From NCBI GenBank assembly GCA_036172245.1, contig JAYWIR010000051.1, positions 124,001 to 188,000 on the forward strand: a DNA stretch of 64,000 bases, read 5' to 3'. This stretch comes from Raillietiella orientalis. Taxonomy: Eukaryota. Positions 61,150-64,000 of the stretch are shown here, piece after piece (positions within the stretch are counted from its first letter, which is position 1; each line of letters begins with the position of its first letter). The translations under genes and the position numbers were made by a program. The notes beneath the pieces are model-generated. The model saw only the letters and a program-made list of their open reading frames with translations. It was not told where the DNA came from and searched no databases.

Positions 61150-63955
61150 CTCCGACGGATCCCGGCTCCGCGGGTTTCTCCCGGTCCCGGGGTCGACCTC
61201 CTCCTGGTGGCGAACGGGAGGGACCGTTCCTGGAACGAGACCTTCCGTGCTCCTCCCAGTGCCAGAGCCAGCGCCCAAGCCCTCGTCTCCCGCTCTGGAG
61301 TCGATTGTCCCCGGGTCACTCCTTCCCCGGTCCGGTGGACTCTGGTCTCGCCTCTGGAGAGAAGTCACCTGGAGGTCCTGCCCTGCCATCTCGGAAGGAG
61401 GTTGATCTGTGATTCGTGGATCTCGAACCGATCTAGTGGATGCTGCCAGAGCCCGGGAGAAAAGCCGGCCGCTCGCGTTCCGTCCGTCCGTTTTTGTCGG
61501 ATGCGCGCGCTGGACGTCAACACAGAGCAGGCGGGTAGTCGCTGGCGGCACCACAGTGGCGGCGTGGGCTCCGGTTGCTCGGTCAAGAAGCCAGAGGGAC
61601 CGATGGCGATGGTGGTGGTGGTGTCGGCGGCGGTGTTGTCTTCTGTGACCCGGAGCTGCTCGGTCGTTTGATGCAGGGGACGAAAGGTGAGGTCTCGGCA
61701 GAAGGATGTTCAGGTAACCAAGTTGACCTTCGAGCAGTGGACGAGCTGAACTTCCAGGAAAGAAGTTCAAGGAAGAACATTCTGAGATTTTTCGGCCACT
61801 TCCAGGAAGAAGCGGGAAGTAAGGTGATGATGGGGGGGAGAAGGGGGAACGGTCTGCTAGGAATCAGCAGAAAGTGGACTTCGAGCGTCCTGCATTCCCA
61901 TCTCCTCATTCTTCTACCTCGGGCCTCCATTGCCAGGTTCGTACAGCCTAGGATTTCGGGTATTTCTGGAGCTCTTGAGATGGCGGGGACGCCGACGACG
62001 CCACACAGCGAAAGGTTTCCATGACAGCAAGATTTTGTCTCCGGAAACCACGCGCTCCCTCCTTTTACCCTTTAATCCGGAGACCAGGCTCACGCGATGA
62101 CCCGCGGCCTGACTGACGAAGGGGGAAACGCTGCGGTTGCCTCGAGACGTCACAGGAACGGAAAGGAGGGGAGGAGAAGAGAAGGACCTTGGTCGTACGT
62201 GCTTCTCTCCTCTGGATGGGGCTGCACCTCCAGAAAGGTCCACCTCTTGGACGGGAAGTCCTCGCCTTCCGAGAAGCACTCGGATTCAGCGCTACGCCGC
62301 CACGGCGGCACCACCACCACTGCTACCAGCAACGGCGGCGACAGCGACATGCAGCCGGCTCTCCTCAGCAACGTCACTGGAGGGGGGCTGGTGCCCCTCT
62401 GGCAGCACTTGGGAAGAGATTGACTCCTGGATTCCGTCTCGATTTCTGAGCTTTTCGTTTCGGGAGGCGGAAACCGCGAAGAGGCGTCGGCGACAGCACT
62501 TCCCTTCTCAGAGGACCTCCGGGAAGCGAGGCCAATCCTCTGGAGTCTTCTGCAGGCGGCTGGGGCGCCCTGCTTGCTTGCGCAGCAGCAGCTGAAGCGC
62601 AAGGTTCTGGCGGTAATCTTCGCTGAGAACCAAGTCGTCTCGCAGGTGCGCTCGACGTAGGGAGGGGACGTCGGGAGGAAGGCCTCGGTGACGGACGGGG
62701 GCACCTCGGTCCCTTGGACCGAGGCTGTTGTAGGCTGTTCGTGCCAGGTGACCGAGGGTGTGCGGTTCCTCTTCTCCAGGAAGCGCAAAGGTCCCATCCA
62801 CTTTCTCCTTGGCGACAGCTCATGCTCCTGCCCTCGGGGTGGACTCGGAGAACTCGGGGTGGACCGGTAGCCTCCCCCGCTGCCGCCGCAGCAGCAGCAG
62901 ACGGTTCCTTCGAGAACTCCTCAGATCCGAAGGACGCCGCCTGTCACCCTGGTGGTGATTCACGACACCGTTTAGGACCACCGCCATCACCTATCTGGCG
63001 CGAGGTTGTCGGACTCCGGAGACCGCCCCGTGGGTGAAGCGGGGGAGCTCTGCAGCCGCACTGCCAAGACCGCGGCCCCAGTGGAGGAGGCGCCGTACCC
63101 GCGTAGGGATCCGGGGATCCGTCGCGCACCTTCAGTAAACCTTCCAAGAAGCAATCGGTTTTGCTGTTGCTCGAGGGGGATCAGGGAAGAGCAACTGGGT
63201 ATTTCAGAGGAAGACTTGCAGTGGCTATCCAGTACTCTTGGACGCGCACCCTCCTCTTAAAGTGTAGCAGGAGTCAGCGTGGATGCTTCTGAACTGAGGC
63301 CACCCGTGCAATTCCTTCCAGCATCACTGGGCACGGAGGAAGAGGGGTGGATCCGAACTTTGCCAGATGCGAGGATCTTGAATCCCTCCTGCGCCTACTA
63401 GTGGACTGTGTTCCCCTCCGACCCCTCTGGGGACGCTTTGCCTCGATCCTAGGAATCCCCGGCGGCAACTCCAGGGACGCTTTACGATCCCTCCTCCTCC
63501 TACGCGACATCCTTCGGCCGGCAGTCTCGTTAGCAGCTCTCTCTGCCGCCTAGGAGGGATCGTAGCTGCCTGGAGCGACGTAAGGGGAGGACCGAGCGAC
63601 AGGGGTGCCACATCCATTTCGCTGTCCCCTTCATGCGTATGGCAACGAGATGGTCCACCTGGAAAACAACATCCAGCAAGAGCTTGCCGGCATACTCGAA
63701 AGGACCTACACCAGCAGGATGTGATCCCTTCCCGCACCTCCCTTCCCCCCCAAATTTGCTTTTTTCCTTTTATTTTTGTTTCTTTTTTTATCTTTTTGTT
63801 TGCCCCCTCCCTTCTGCTGCCGTCGCCGGTCTGCGCACAGGTAACGCAGCAGGTTAGACCTGAAAAGGACTTGGTTGGACCACAGATTGAACCACAGAGA
63901 TTATAAATTTTTATTTTATTTTTTATACGAAATAAACGCCCCGGTGCACCCGGGA
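61150..63955 (+). mobile_element. Decayed L1/Tx1-like LINE: RT, C-terminal zinc knuckle, T-rich 3' UTR, AATAAA and terminal hairpin
   Basis: RVSPGP; RWTLVSPLERSHLEVLPCHLGRRL (NWRPISLLN.DYKIL...LA.RL, 61333-61404); AVDE...ILRFFGHFQEEAGSKV (YADD...F...SG.KVN, ~61734); DPNFARCEDLESLLRLLVDC....W (zf-RVT-like, 63350-63435); AATAAA at 63931-63936. Confidence 0.7.
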
Positions 63956-64000
63956 GACGATCAATACACCACAACTGTCGAGCCTCTTCGGCGGCTGCTT

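Noticed and set aside
63941..63952. CGGTGCACCC resembling the U2 snRNA 3' end (Keno-type Tx1 target)
   Set aside because: Only 10 nt. Other copies differ, and the TSD-bounded copy shows the motif lies inside the element.
23420..63955. Giant TIR transposon or viral element carrying dUTPase/MSH6/BCAT
   Set aside because: The genes are intron-rich host-type genes, no transposase, integrase or capsid is seen, and the arms are LINE-derived with ragged ends.

Overview
Eukaryotic, arthropod-like genomic DNA with spliceosomal introns and a rickets-type bursicon receptor. I could assemble five spliced genes by hand. (1) A 5'-partial rickets/LGR2 LRR-GPCR (+, 655-8583). (2) dUTPase (-, 35339-36186). 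(3) A PWWP-containing MSH6 (+, 43336-48057, 16 exons). (4) A Jupiter/HN1-family microtubule-associated protein (+, 53331-53892) that the ORF track does not show as a unit. (5) A branched-chain aminotransferase (-, 53908 to at least 55307), whose stop codon lies only 15 bp from the Jupiter stop. Much of the rest is heavily decayed retroelement sequence: several LINE fossils recognisable from collinear APE/RT/zinc-knuckle motif remnants, a two-copy tRNA-headed SINE and a probable BEL/Pao relic. Most long GC-rich ORFs in the track are spurious. Notable structure: GC-rich flanks around an AT-richer housekeeping block; a CpG desert running from the dUTPase 3' end into one half of a single LINE fossil; 38-49 nt introns; an L1/Tx1-like family ending in a conserved AATAAA+hairpin (one copy has a 14-bp TSD); and a ~1.1 kb inverted duplicate with a near-identical core bracketing the gene block. 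I found no evidence for a CRISPR-like or other prokaryote-type system. All transposon calls are by-eye motif matches and need a database search.
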